From: Octopus sinensis
Lineage: Eukaryota
Assembly: GCF_006345805.1 (NCBI RefSeq)
Contig: NC_043007.1
Span: 45,942,001 to 46,006,000 of the forward strand
Reading direction: 5' to 3'
DNA length: 64,000 nt
Part shown: in pieces, positions 25,188 to 37,263 of the stretch
Layout: every line of letters begins with the position of its first letter
Position numbering within the stretch: the stretch's first letter is position 1
Position numbers and translations under genes: made by a program
The notes under the pieces: model-generated
Database searches by the model: none
What the model was told of the DNA's origin: nothing
The model's input: only the letters and a program-made list of their open reading frames with translations

Positions 25188-26479
25188 TATTCAGACAAAT
25201 TTGATTTTTAAGCATCTACTATTTCACTTAGCCTAATAATATACCTATAAATTAAATACCTATAAACCCCCTTTCTGCTATATTTTGTCAATTTCCCTAC
25301 CTATATAGGTGTGTTTTTTCTGTATCCATATCCATATGCTTGCATGTACTTTTTGTATATATGTGTATGCGTCTGTTTATGTTTATGATTTATGTTTATC
25401 TATACGCATGCATCCATATGCGCATATATATATATATGTGTTCATATGCATATTTATTTATTTATTTTCTGTACATAGATGCTCACTTAAAATACGTATG
25501 AGCCACTATATACATGATGTTTCCTACCCTATTCTTGTTAACCTCCCAAGTGCATTCAAGTATTAACCTACATACACTAATCAATAACGGTCGATAAATA
25601 ATCCCAACTGGTCAGGCATTACGGCGTCTTTTTTCCAAATCCCTATCAATCCTGAAGCATCACAACATAGGTATTTCTCACTAAACCAATAAGAATCAAC
25701 CATAGAATTTAATTTCTTCTTATATTAGATTCATTGTACATTACATTACTTTTTATATTATTATTCTTATTTCATTTACCTTTCAAATTTATTATATTAT
25801 AATCATATTTATTACTTTTGCACACTTCTCTCTTCTTGTTTATTTATTTTTATTTATTTAATTATTTATTTTTGTATTTATTTATTTGTTTACTACTTGT
25901 TAAATTTTGTATATGTATATAGTATATCCACAATTATTCAAAATCTACCAATCAAATATAATCTTCAACCTAACATCACACTTCCCTCAAAAGATAAAAT
26001 GATTAACTAAGTAGAGTTAGCTCTTTTTGAATCCCGAAGAAGTCCAACCATAAAATAGTATGAATGCAGCAATTTCCTTGACGTTAAACATGTTTTGGAG
26101 ATTCTCATCATCTTATTGGTTTCAAAGAAATATAAATGTAGGTTCTTCTTGCATTTTTTCTGAACTTTTTTGAGCTTTCATCTTTCTATTTTTTTTATTT
26201 GTAATGTTCTTTTAATAAAAAAACGTCATCTTTCTACAACATGCAAATAAATCATTGATTATATCCATGTATTCCTTATTATCTTCTCCTTGGTCTTCAA
26301 TAATCTTAATCATTATAATCTTAATCATATACAAATGCTTTTATGATATGGATTGAACCAGTAGAATAGGTTGAATTATATAATCCCTAATGAGGACTTA
26401 CCTTCCTCAAATTAACTATATATATATATATATATATACATATATATATACATATATATACATGCATATATATATATTA

Positions 26480-26910
26480 TTATATTTCGGAATGGTCATT
26501 TTGCCAGTTTAGCCAATAAAAACACACGCACTATATATTTGGTGTTACTTTGCTTCAGTGTTATTTATTTTTTACATTAAGCTTAATCTTATTTCGGCCA
26601 GAGTTCTTTCGTCACACTCCTGTGACCGCATCAGTGGTCCTTTGTTTTCTTCTTTCTTATTTGTGTCTCTCCTTACTAACCGTCAGCCATTTTGTATTTC
26701 TATTCTTCCTTAAATCGCTCTCCCCCCTCTCTCCCTCCCCTTCTTTCCCCTTCTCCTCCTCTCCCCCTCCTTACTCCCCCTCTCCCTATATATATATAGA
26801 GAGAGACAAAGCCACACAAACAAACAAACAGACAAATAGACAGATAGATATATGTTAGGGATATAGACATGGATACAGCTAATGCTAAATGAGTTCAAAT
26901 TTATCTTTTC

Positions 26911-26973
<63 letters not shown>

Positions 26974-27600
26974 TATGGTGGCTGTCTACTTCTTATGCAG
27001 GGTTTGACCACCTCCTGTACATACAAATTAGAACTATCACGGCACCTGATGTGGCTTTTTGAACCAGACAATGCTTTGAAAAAGACTCCCATCTAGATTG
27101 CATATCCGATTTTGACCACCAAGAGCTGCCGATAAGTTCCGATCTTTGTGGATTTTAAAATGTATTTTGAGGCCTCCGTTAGATTTGAAAGACCTTCTGG
27201 TATACATTTCATTGAAAGGTGTGCACAGGTATATAGGCAGTATAGTTGGTAGGGGTTCGTTTTCCATGCTTTCGTAAATGAGATTTGAACCAGCAAATTA
27301 AAAGTATGATCTGTCATAATCTGTGCACACAAAAGGTGATAGTGGTTCATCTTATCGATCGTATCATTCTTCCTTAAACCTCTTTCCCCCTTTCTTCCTC
27401 CCCTTCTCTCCCTTTCTCCCCTCTCTCCCTCCCTACTCCCCCTCTCTCCCTCCCTACTCCCCCCCTCTCTCTATATATATTGAGAGACAAAGCCAGACAA
27501 ACAAACAAACAGACAAATAGATAGATAGATATATGATAGTGATATAGACATGGATACAGCTAATGCTAAATGAGATCAAATTTATCTTTTCATTTATATC
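26480..27600 (-). mobile_element. Repeat-flanked element with a degenerate C2H2-like ORF start and a hammerhead-like motif (possible PLE pLTR)
   Basis: About 220-bp direct repeats at ~26700-26915 and ~27365-27598. Between them ORF 27037-27267 has RRSFKSNGGLKIHFKIH. Hammerhead-like motif at 26598-26637. Confidence 0.5.
26598..26637 (-). ncRNA. Minimal hammerhead-like motif with one core substitution (A9->C)
   Basis: Minus strand: CCA CTGATGC G GTCACA ggag TGTGAC GAA AG aa CT C TGG. Stem I CCA/TGG, perfect 6-bp stem II, 2-bp stem III, CUC site. Confidence 0.5.
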
Positions 27601-27888
27601 TTTAAATTGTATTCAAGAAGAACTAATTAATCACCACGTGAGATACCACCGATCAAAAGGAATATAACGAATGGACTATGATGTTAATTAAAATATAATG
27701 AAAAATATAAAATATACTGCTCGTTTTAATGATCATTTATTAAACGGGATATACTTAATCAGAGTGTTACATCACATTATTAGAATTATGGAACAGTTGG
27801 TTTATGTTTTAAAATATCAACATTAAAGTAAAGGAAAAAATTCAAATATTTACACGCTTCTGATATATATGCATACATACATACATAC

Positions 27889-27950
<62 letters not shown>

Positions 27951-28567
27951 CGTATATATATATACGTATATATATGTGTGTGTGTGTGTATATATATTTA
28001 TATATCCATATATATATATATATATATATATACACACTCATATATATATACATATGTATACACACATACATGAGCACACACACACACGTATATAAAGTGA
28101 TATAACGATGATGGGAAATTACTATAACGCAAGTATATTTATTAATATTAGTGGTAATTCTTTTCATATATTTAATGATTCTATGAATACATGTTACTCG
28201 TCTATAAATTAAGTAAAGTGAAAACAGAACATACTATGAACATAAATGTATGTGACTTTTGTGTATTAAAATATTATTGCCGTTAGCCGAAATTTCATCG
28301 ACTGGTTTTAGTTATGTGCTGAAAATGTTTTTGAAAATACTTATGTCAAAACCGAGTAACTTGAATTCAAGTAATATGAATTAGGATATTAAATAAATAT
28401 TGGTTCCTGAGCAAATGCTTTCTTCAACTAAGCTACATTATAATTCTAATAGTAAGTAATGAAACATTTTTGTCAGTCAATTACTTTGACATTAACGGAT
28501 TAACTTTAATCGTTAAGGTTATGCCTTTTTTTTTTGTCCAATTCCTGCTTATGGTCCCAATTATTTA

Positions 28568-28967
28568 AGGCGGCGAGCAGGCAAAAATGTTAGCACACCG
28601 GCCGAAATGCCTTGCATTATATCGTCTGTCTTTACGTTCTGAGTTCAAATTCCGCAAGGTCGACTTTGCCCTTCATCCTTCCAGGGTCGATTAAATAAAT
28701 ACCAGTTACGCACTGGGGTCGATATAATCGACTTAATCCGTTTGTCTGTGCGTGTTTGTCCTCTCTGTATTTAGCTCCTTGTGGGTAGTAAAGAAATAGG
28801 TATTTCGTCTGCCGCTACGTTTTGAGTTCAAATTCCGCCGAGGTCAACTTTGCCATTCATCCTTTCGGGGTCGATTAAATAAGTACCATTTGCGTACTGG
28901 GGCCGATCTAATCGACTGGCCCCTCTCCCCCAACATTTCGGGACTTGTGCCTAGTGGAAAAAAGAAT
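28568..28967 (+). mobile_element. Tandem/dimeric tRNA-derived SINE (GGCGGCGAGC family)
   Basis: Head ggcggcgagcaggc...gttagcac, then two consecutive bodies each with gagttcaaattccgc..aggtc.actttgcc.ttcatcct..ggggtcgattaaataa.tacca. Confidence 0.88.
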
Positions 28968-29554
28968 ATGGTCCCAATTATTAGGTATATAGTCGACAAT
29001 GTGAATTCTTGCAGAGGACGTCAATGGCTTTCTTCAGTACACTTAATTTCAGGCAAATGTGTCGAAATAATGAATTCAAATCTCATGGATTTAACTAATT
29101 TTGTTCTCGCTTCGTTGTGGAACCTCCCACAATCTCATGATGGACTTGAATGTTCATACATAAATAATATTTGAAAATTATATGAAAATCAAGCAGAACA
29201 TATGCTAACCTTAGAGAGTATAACCTCACAGGGCATAGCATATGTTATGTCAGAAATGCAATAATCCATTCACTTACGTGCTAGAAAATGCTTGAGTCAT
29301 CTAATTTTCTAATCTCAAGTTCAGAGTTACAGATAATCACAATAAAAATGTGTAGTGTAAGGACGGAATGTGTGTGTACATTCTAGAGCTACTAATGTAG
29401 ATGTATGCGTGTTCTATAATGGTTGAGTCATTATGTTAATTGCATCATCCAGTAAAATGGTTGAGTCATTATGTTAAGTACATCATCCAGTAAAACCCAG
29501 TTGTATTTCAATAAAGAGATTGTGGGCCCTATGTTAACTGACTCAGTGTGAGTG

Positions 29555-29587
<33 letters not shown>

Positions 29588-29606
29588 GTAAGCTTTTATG
29601 TGAGTA

Positions 29607-30720
29607 CATAAATCTCCTACTTTACGGAAGTAATGCGTTCCTAAAAATCTGGCCGTAACACGAAATTCCTTTATGCGAAATTTGTTTTCCTATTGATTTT
29701 CATATCATCTAGTGAGATTGCGTTCCTATGGAATATATCGAAAATAAATAAAGAAGCGCCAGTAAAGCAACAGGGAACAGGGAACATTACCAGCTTTATA
29801 CATGAAAATAACAATTTCTAAACATATACAGTGCCATGAAGACACGTAAAAATAGAAAAACATTCCAAGAAGAATACGTTTGGAAATTAATAAGAATCAC
29901 AATCTCGTATGAGTACGTTTTTAACAAAATAGATGTTGACCACTGCGTGAGAAATGATGGTGGAATAGCGTTACTAGGAAGATGAGGGACAATATTATTT
30001 ATTACCTCATTAGCACGAACATCAGTTTGTGGGTGTGAATAACTTATCCAAAGGAGTTTGTTATTTATGATGTATCATCTCTTTGTATAGCTCAATATAG
30101 GAGCTCAGCTCATGGTAATCTTTGGTATTTTTTTCCTTTACGGTCGCGACTGGGATGATTATCATAAAAAATCTGCAGATCTCCCTCTATAAATGCCAAC
30201 GCATTAGCAAAAATCTTTGTAGCCAATTTAAGTGGTGCAGGCGGAAATTCCGTTCTTTCATCTGTATTCCCAGCTTGTTGTTTTTCTAACAGAAGCAGCT
30301 CCTAGTTAGATATATTTTCTTTCTGGGACACTCAATCGCATCATCCTCTATGAACTTTACAAATCCTACACACTTTGCAAGAGTCACAATATCTTACCGA
30401 ATTTGATGTGCACTTTCTGCTTGACGAAAATTGGTGACGTCACGAATATTGTCTTTTCATCTTCTTTTCCAAGTATTATTCAAAGTTGAATGTTTCACTT
30501 CACCCTTTGACTCAGCTTTATTAACCACATATATTAGGTTGAATTTCTTCCAGAAATCTGTAACTGTAGGATTATCATTCCTGTCAAATTTTTTCTGATA
30601 TAATATGCCTTGAATTTGGATATTACACATTGGTCTAGAGTCTGCAACAAATAAACTGTGTTCTTGGGTTCATATACAATCTCACATTATCAGAAATGTC
30701 GTTTAATGTTGTTAGGTGTC
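29607..30720 (-). mobile_element. Tigger/pogo-family DNA transposon 3' part
   Basis: Minus translation NVRLYMKPKNTVYLLQTLDQCVISKFKAYY...TVTDFWKKFNL...VKHSTLNNTWK (cf. LPPNTTSLLQPMDQGVI..FKAYY). TIR-like TA-CATAAATCTCCTACTTTACG at 29605. Confidence 0.85.
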
Positions 30721-31456
30721 CCGGTGCAGACTTTCTACTTACGCTTATACTTCTGGCTTATGAGTGTATGTTGAATAAATACACACTCATATACAAACAC
30801 TCAAAAACATATTCACAAACACAATCACACACATACAGGCACACCCACTCATGCACACACATATACAGGCTGACATCTGATGTAGCCAGTTAGAGTCAAA
30901 AAATGGTGACGTGCGTTGCATTGGTTTAGATCTTATTGTGGTGGACGGATGTTGTACTGTCATGGTGGTTATATTGTTATTGCTAATTGTATTGTTGTTG
31001 CTCTTTAGTTTCAAGTCAATATTCCTAGAACGAAGATCAAAAGCATGTGATTTAACTTTCAAAATACACTAGGATACATTATAAGTTTCAACTTGAAATG
31101 GAATTGCTTAAGTACTTTATCCTATATATTTCTCTTGCTGATGGTGGCTATGTTTGCGTTATTCGTAGAAACACACGCGCACACACATACATAGATACAT
31201 ACACACACACATATAAAACAATATTCGTATGCACATAGAGACGTATATTGTTGTTTAATAACGTTAGTATTTAATCCTTCCTAAAATTAAGATTGAATGA
31301 ATGTGGTAATATCTATGGTATTTTGTTCACTAACAACACTTATCTTAGCGCTGTTCACATCGTCGGATTGAATGGTACTACCTAGGTGTCGAAAACATAG
31401 TGATATCCATGGGACAGCTGATGATGGAGGTATGTTGAATTGTTAGTATGTCTGTT

Positions 31457-31487
<31 letters not shown>

Positions 31488-31491
<4 letters not shown>

Positions 31492-31620
31492 CTATATTTA
31501 AAAGATGAGGAATTATGTACAATATTAGACATTATTTACACTTGACAGATATTTGTCCTCATCTTGTTTGCTGTTAACATAACGTTTCGGCTGATATACC
31601 CTCCATCAGGTTTCTTGGGG
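31488..31620 (-). mobile_element. Inverted 3' module (with internally deleted hammerhead) of the tRNA-(AAT)n-hammerhead element
   Basis: Reverse complement reads ccccaagaaacCTGATG--gagggtatatcagccGAAACGTTatgttaacagcaaacaagatgaggacaaatatc...aaatatagaact, matching 36541-36667. Confidence 0.9.
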
Positions 31621-31697
31621 TTAATATCACGGGCTACTAACCTCAACCTTCCGAGTTCGATTTCAGGCAGAACCTGAATATTAATAATAATAATAAT

Positions 31698-32204
31698 GGT
31701 GGCTGTCCCCTCGTTATCGAGTATGGCAATTGCACGAAGCTTAATCAATGTTGTTATTGTGCAATGCTTGTGCAAGAAGATTTTCTTTAAAGTGAGGAAT
31801 GGCTGTGCACTGAGTCAATCCCACTCACTAAGCAACAGCAGCCATATTTTGAAAAGAAGAACAAGTCAACATCCTCGGTAACCACTGAGCGGCAGGTTTT
31901 ATGTCGGAGTTATCCCAGTTAACTGAGTTACCCTCTCCTAGAAGGATGCCCTAACAATGGCTAGGAGTCCTTCACTCCCAATGGTTTAACCACGCGATCG
32001 GGTATTCAGTCCTATTATTTCTATGTCCTCGCGCATGATACAGCCTTAAGACATTTATTGGATGACCGATGACTTTAAAGTGTTCCTCTGCCCTTTGACT
32101 GGTTTTGTTTTTATCATCCCGCAGGGTGTACAATAAACACCCTCCTCACCAAGCAAGTTTTGGTGGGTTGCCGATTTAATCGCCGATGACACGACCATGC
32201 AACA
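31698..32204 (-). mobile_element. RTE-like LINE 5'-UTR fragment
   Basis: Minus strand begins TGTTGCATGGTCG..GGCGATTAAATCGGCAACCCACCA, the same head as the RTE 5' region at 6443-6490. Confidence 0.65.
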
Positions 32205-32255
32205 ATAATAATAATAATAATAATAATAATGATGATGATGATGATGATGATGATG

Positions 32256-32313
<58 letters not shown>

Positions 32314-32336
32314 TGATGATGATGATGATGATGATG

Positions 32337-32406
<70 letters not shown>
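32200..32406. repeat. Compound (AAT)n(GAT)9(AAT)18(GAT)9(AAT)n microsatellite
   Basis: Direct reading; the ORF track shows N11 D9 N18 D9 then a long N run. Confidence 0.95.
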
Positions 32407-32408
<2 letters not shown>

Positions 32409-32678
32409 TCAAAAAATACCTTAGAAATGAGAGCTCAGGTTCGAAATTTTCCCAAGATACCTAATGAAGGCTGGAGGGTATATCAGCTGAAAAATAGTAC
32501 TCGAGTACCAGGTAGAGGAATACGCTTTATTCAAAAGCAGCAAAAATACCAAAAAATGGTACTCAGATTTTTAGCAAACAAGAGGAGGACAGTTGTCCAT
32601 CAAATGTAAATAATGTAAATAATATATATATATATATATATTATAAAAAAACAGCAAAAATATAGTAAAAATATAGCA

Positions 32679-32724
32679 AAAACAGTTACTCAGAGTTTCA
32701 CGTTCCCGTTCGTCGTACAGTTTT
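32679..32724 (-). ncRNA. Minimal hammerhead-like motif, second family, degenerate core
   Basis: Minus: AAAACTGT ACGACGA AC gggaac GT GAA ACTC t GAGT A ACTGTTTT. Stem I 8 bp with 1 mismatch, quasi-palindromic stem III, GUA site; core ACGACGA instead of CUGANGA. Confidence 0.5.
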
Positions 32725-33093
32725 GTTTAGAATGGAGCAAGATGAAGTTATATGCAGAAATACAATTACTTTGATAGATATACATTTGAAAATGATTTTG
32801 TTTCATTGGTCCTTTCAACTAATGGTATTTTCAATAACTGGTTGCTTGAAATAACAAATGAAGTTTTAAAATCATATTATAATAAAGATTCGGAGAAAAC
32901 CTTAGATCAAAAATAGCTTATAAAGAATTAGCTGTAAAAATAATAATAAATTAATACATGAAAATATATATCCGTTAAAATAAAAGTTTTCACGCTAAAT
33001 TAAATATACATGTAACAATACATACACATACCAAAACAATTTATAATATATGTATGTGCACTAAACATACAAATGTAGGTACGTGGCTACAGA

Positions 33094-33129
<36 letters not shown>

Positions 33130-33133
<4 letters not shown>

Positions 33134-33600
33134 TGGCAAAATCAATCCTAGCCGTGTGCGCGTTGATAATCGAGTAATACCTAGAAGTCTTTGGAAAATT
33201 CCTAATAGCTTCTCGAAAGTGGGAAGGAAGACTAGATTTAATTTGCCTCTCATAAGGAATAATCAACCAAATAGTTTTGCGAGTAGTTGCCTTATTTTTA
33301 GTGTAACTATCTTCAAAAGACATCGATTTAACTTTAGAATGAAAAAAAGGGGGGAGGGGGTTAATAAAGGTTATCGCCCTTATATTGTAAAAAGCTTTCC
33401 TCTGTTTGGTGTTGGCGTATAAAATAACAAAAATAAAATTGAAATCGTTCATATCGTTACCACTAGATTTCATATCTCCATTACTAAAGGCAGAATAAGT
33501 TTGAATAGAATTAATGTAAGTAACTTTTTCTGTATAGCCTGCTTTCAGTAAGGCAGAGTTATAAAATTCATTGTTGGTGTGTTTATGTGCCTGTAACATA
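33130..33600 (-). mobile_element. Penelope-like element RT C-terminal/linker fragment
   Basis: FYNSALLKAGYTEKVTY and RKTIWLIIPYERQIKSSL..FREAIRNFPKTSRYYSIINAHTARIDFAS (cf. PLE 'IIWFNPPY...KHFP...IFN..T.KISYS'). Confidence 0.75.
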
Positions 33601-33644
33601 GCATTTCGGCAAAATGGCCTATAGTATAAGCACCTGACTTAAAA

Positions 33645-33745
33645 ACTAAAACTACATACGTAATGGAGTCGATTCGGTTGACTAAAATTCTTCAAGACGG
33701 TGCCTCCATCATAGCCGCCGTCTAATGACTGGAACAGGTAAAAGC
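33645..33745 (+). mobile_element. Isolated SINE 3' module
   Basis: gtcgattcggttgactaaaattcttcaagacggtgc..ccatcat.gccgc.gtctaatgactggaacaggtaaaag, as in 18850-18950. Confidence 0.65.
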
Positions 33746-35088
33746 GAAAATACTTATATATGTTGTGAGATTTCTTTTTCAGGGATCTTTAGTAAGTTCA
33801 GCATATCTATTTGTTCCACTGTCATTTTCATGGAATATTTTAGCTGGTTAAGATATTGTTTTAAACAAAGAAACAATAAGTTAAGGGTAGAAAATAACTG
33901 TTGCAGTATATAGGCTTGAAGAGTTTCCTGTGGTTGGACAGTGATACTAGTGCCAATAGAATCAGTGATGTTTTGTTTTTATGCGACAGTAGCTATTGAT
34001 AATTTTTAAATAACGGCTCCTGTTATCCATTTGGTCAATTAGGAAAGGAATATTTACTGGGATTCGGAATATTCTGGCAAAAATAGAGAATTCGTTTAAA
34101 CAATGAGGAAAATTGAACGATATTTTTCATAACATGTTGCATTTATGAATATTAGTGGTGTATTTTATGTAATAAATCTTTGAAATTATTGACTTCTAAT
34201 ACCTCATTATAGTAAATAGCAGATTGTATGTGCCTGTCTGTCTTCGTGTGTGTGCGCGCATATGTGTGTTTATGAGCATGTATATGCATACCTTTCTATG
34301 CGTGCGCCTAATTTCAGTTCCGTTTTTCATATATTTAATATTCAATCGTAAATCAGAACCAGCCAGATGGGAAGGCTTGCATCACACAACGTTGAAAAAT
34401 AAACACAACTAAGCACAACCAATACAATTGCATATCTGGACGGGTAGGCTGGTGCTACATTCCATGATGACAAAGTTGCCTCTGCTACTAATACGGCTTC
34501 GGATTATGATGATGGTGATGATGCTCGTACCTGCTGTTGCTCATAAACATAATAATGATACTGATAATGAGCATGATCATAAAGACGACGATAATATTAT
34601 CGATTTTGGTAGTGAGGAAAGAGAAGAGCACAAAGGTATAAGAACACAAGGAAGTGAGATATAACAATGAAGTAGGACATCCTAACGAAAACTATAAATC
34701 CGATGACCCTTACGAATTTTGATAAAAATCACGTCTGTGAATAATAGATTTCTTGTGATAAGATCGCTGAAAATAGTGCTAATAGCAATGATGGTAATCA
34801 TGAGGATTATTGTAGTGTATCATATATATGTTACTCACACGCGTGTATACACAAAGACATACAATTTTCTAATAAATAAATAGGAAAGTAATTGCCAAAA
34901 AAAAAAAACAAAGTTGCTATCGAAGTTGCTGTCGATTGAAACTAAAATACAATTAACTATTGCAACTATATTGATTTTAGATTATGTGATCATCGAAAAC
35001 GGAGCAATAATAGACTGATAACAAAGCATTTGTAACATTTAATCGATTAGTAAATGAGTTTATCATTGGCTTGCGATCGTTCTGCTTT

Positions 35089-35148
<60 letters not shown>

Positions 35149-35149
35149 C

Positions 35150-35201
<52 letters not shown>

Positions 35202-35632
35202 CACCTACGTGTATATATAGGTATTTATGCATACATACATTATGAACGTATAGGTCTATGAAGAACAGGATTATAAAACAAGTCGGTAACTCTTTTAAGA
35301 TGATAGGTTGCGATTTGGTGAAGAATATGCAACTATTTTTAGTACTTTGTGCTATCAATTATAGGCTTCTCAACTCGTAAATCTGTATATAATTTCATAT
35401 TGTGATTCAGTTCTATGGGTACATCACAGGGACTTTACATCATCTCTAGAGAATTTGTCCCCCGTTGTTTTATTTCTTTCATAATAGCAATAATCACCGA
35501 TTTACTCAATATAAGAGCAGACCACATGTGACTAAGATTTGAATCCTGATACGAGAATCATATGCTTGCCTCTTAGCATAAAGCTCATTAGTCAAATAAA
35601 ATTATCTGCTAAATCTCTAAATCTCATATATA

Positions 35633-35671
<39 letters not shown>

Positions 35672-35771
35672 ATGTGCGTGCGCAGCGGACGTGTCGGAAT
35701 GTATAGGCACAAAATGCATAATACATACACACACGCGCGCGCACACACACATACACACAAATATATTTCTA

Positions 35772-36321
35772 CAGTAGCGCCCATAATATATGGTCCAGTA
35801 AAAACAGGCGTATTAGTTATTATAGAAGATTAACAACACATTGAGACTAGAAATTTGTTCTTTAGAAAACTGTTAACGGGCTAACATTTCTTATGATCTT
35901 GCATTACTGAAACATTCGGCTCTCAAAGGATTGTGTGCCTTCACCAAGAGGGCAAGACAAATTCTGTGATACCAGCTAATGTAGGAAGGTCTAGAAATGT
36001 TGTGCATCGATTTGTATCTCGTTTTACGTCATCAGGATCGACAGATGCTAAACCCAAAATCCGTAGACCTCGTAAAACCTCACCAAGACAAGATCGTATT
36101 AGAATATGACTGAAAGATAGGTTTAAGAGTGCTGCTGAGATAACCCGCGAGATTAGCTCCACTTCCGATGTCAACATATTGCGTAGAACAGTTTCTCGGA
36201 TTTTACGATGTTCTGGGCAGCTTTCTTGGGCACCGGCAAAGAAATCTCTGATCTCCAAGAACAATCATAAGGCCCGTCTCCTTTTCACTCACGAATATGT
36301 CGTTTGCATAGAAGAACAGTG
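35772..36321 (+). mobile_element. Tc1-family transposon 5' half
   Basis: TA-CAGTAGCGCCC TIR start. Translation gives IVCLHQEGK..GRSRNVVHRFV..RRPRKTSPRQDR..KSAAEI..RRTVSRIL..KKSLISKNNHKARL..EEQW (Tc1 HTH region). Cut off by the 36325 insertion. Confidence 0.85.
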
Positions 36322-36324
36322 GGC

Positions 36325-36391
36325 ATATGGCGTAGTGGTTAAGAGCGCGGGCTACTAACCCCAAGATTCCGAGTTCGATTTCATGCAATGA

Positions 36392-36478
<87 letters not shown>

Positions 36479-36667
36479 GATAATAATAATAATAACAACA
36501 TCGAAAAATACCTTAGGCCTGGGAGCCCAGGTTCGAAATTTCTCCAAGACCCCTGATGAATGCTGAGGGTGCATCAGCCGAAACGTTGTGGTAACAACAA
36601 ACAAGATGAGGACAAATATCCGTCGAATGTAAATAATGTACATAATTGCTCATCACTTAAATATAGA
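36325..36667 (+). mobile_element. Chimeric short element: tRNA-like Pol III head + (AAT)n + hammerhead-bearing 3' module
   Basis: A box TGGCGTAGTGG (36328-36338), GGG-CTACTAA-CCC arm, B-box-like GTTCGATTTC (36373-36382), (AAT)n 36396-36493, CTGATGA at 36553 and GAAACGTT at 36580. Confidence 0.85.
36549..36592 (+). ncRNA. Minimal type-I hammerhead motif (core intact, stems mutated)
   Basis: ACCC CTGATGA A TGCTG agggtgcat CAGCC GAA ACGT T GTGGT. Palindromic ACGU stem III suits a dimeric fold; GUU site. Confidence 0.65.
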
Positions 36668-36977
36668 ATAAATGTCAGGATGTCATTGATAGTATAGGTA
36701 TGTTCCCAAAATATTAATAGTAAGGGTTTCTTTTTGTTCTTGTTCCATTTTTTATTATATTTCTAAATGACCTTTAAATTTTGACTTGCAGTTTGGAAGA
36801 TTATTTTTTATTTCCTCATAACTTACTTCAAAGTTTTTCACAAAAGACAGAGATATATAAACATGGATAAAATATTTGTTAATCTTGTATAATAAATATT
36901 TCAATACACTTGTTCTTACTGATCCTTATAGTATGGCCACTACTCTCTCTCTCTCTCTCTCTCTATCTATCCATCCA

Positions 36978-37021
<44 letters not shown>

Positions 37022-37263
37022 CATATACATAAAAGGAAATGGAGGAAAAAACGCACTCAACACCAGTGCTGAAGATACTTCCGAATGGGAAGACTTTGCC
37101 ACGTCGAAAACAGTAGAGAAGTAGGGGCCGAAAACAGACGTATTTCCTCCTGATGTTATTCTTAGCCACTGGATCCTATAAAGCGGTTTTTGAGGTAGCG
37201 ATCTACGAAACTTAATTCCTCGGTTATATATAGTTGATTAAGGCTCACAATACATGTCTTCGG

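Larger units (their letters stand above)
31629..32625 (+). mobile_element. Interrupted copy of the tRNA-(AAT)n-hammerhead element
   Basis: Partial head cgggctactaacctcaaccttccgagttcgatttcaggc at 31629, (AAT)n split by a 31698-32204 insertion, then 3' module 32405-32625 with CTAATGAAGGCTGGAGGGTATATCAGCTGAAA and a second ~80-bp insertion. Confidence 0.8.

Noticed and set aside
29418-29494. 39-bp tandem duplication (a 26-bp one also occurs at 41875-41930)
   Set aside because: Ordinary slippage duplications with only two units; not CRISPR-like.
36329-36395. Functional tRNA gene
   Set aside because: No pairing acceptor stem and only a 3-bp anticodon arm, fused to (AAT)n; treated as a SINE head. 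The same applies to 39297.
37045-37120. CTGAAGA...CGAAA hammerhead candidate on the plus strand
   Set aside because: Stem I and stem III cannot be formed. Similar degenerate candidates at 16190-16230, 41480-41540 and 48300-48350 were also dropped.
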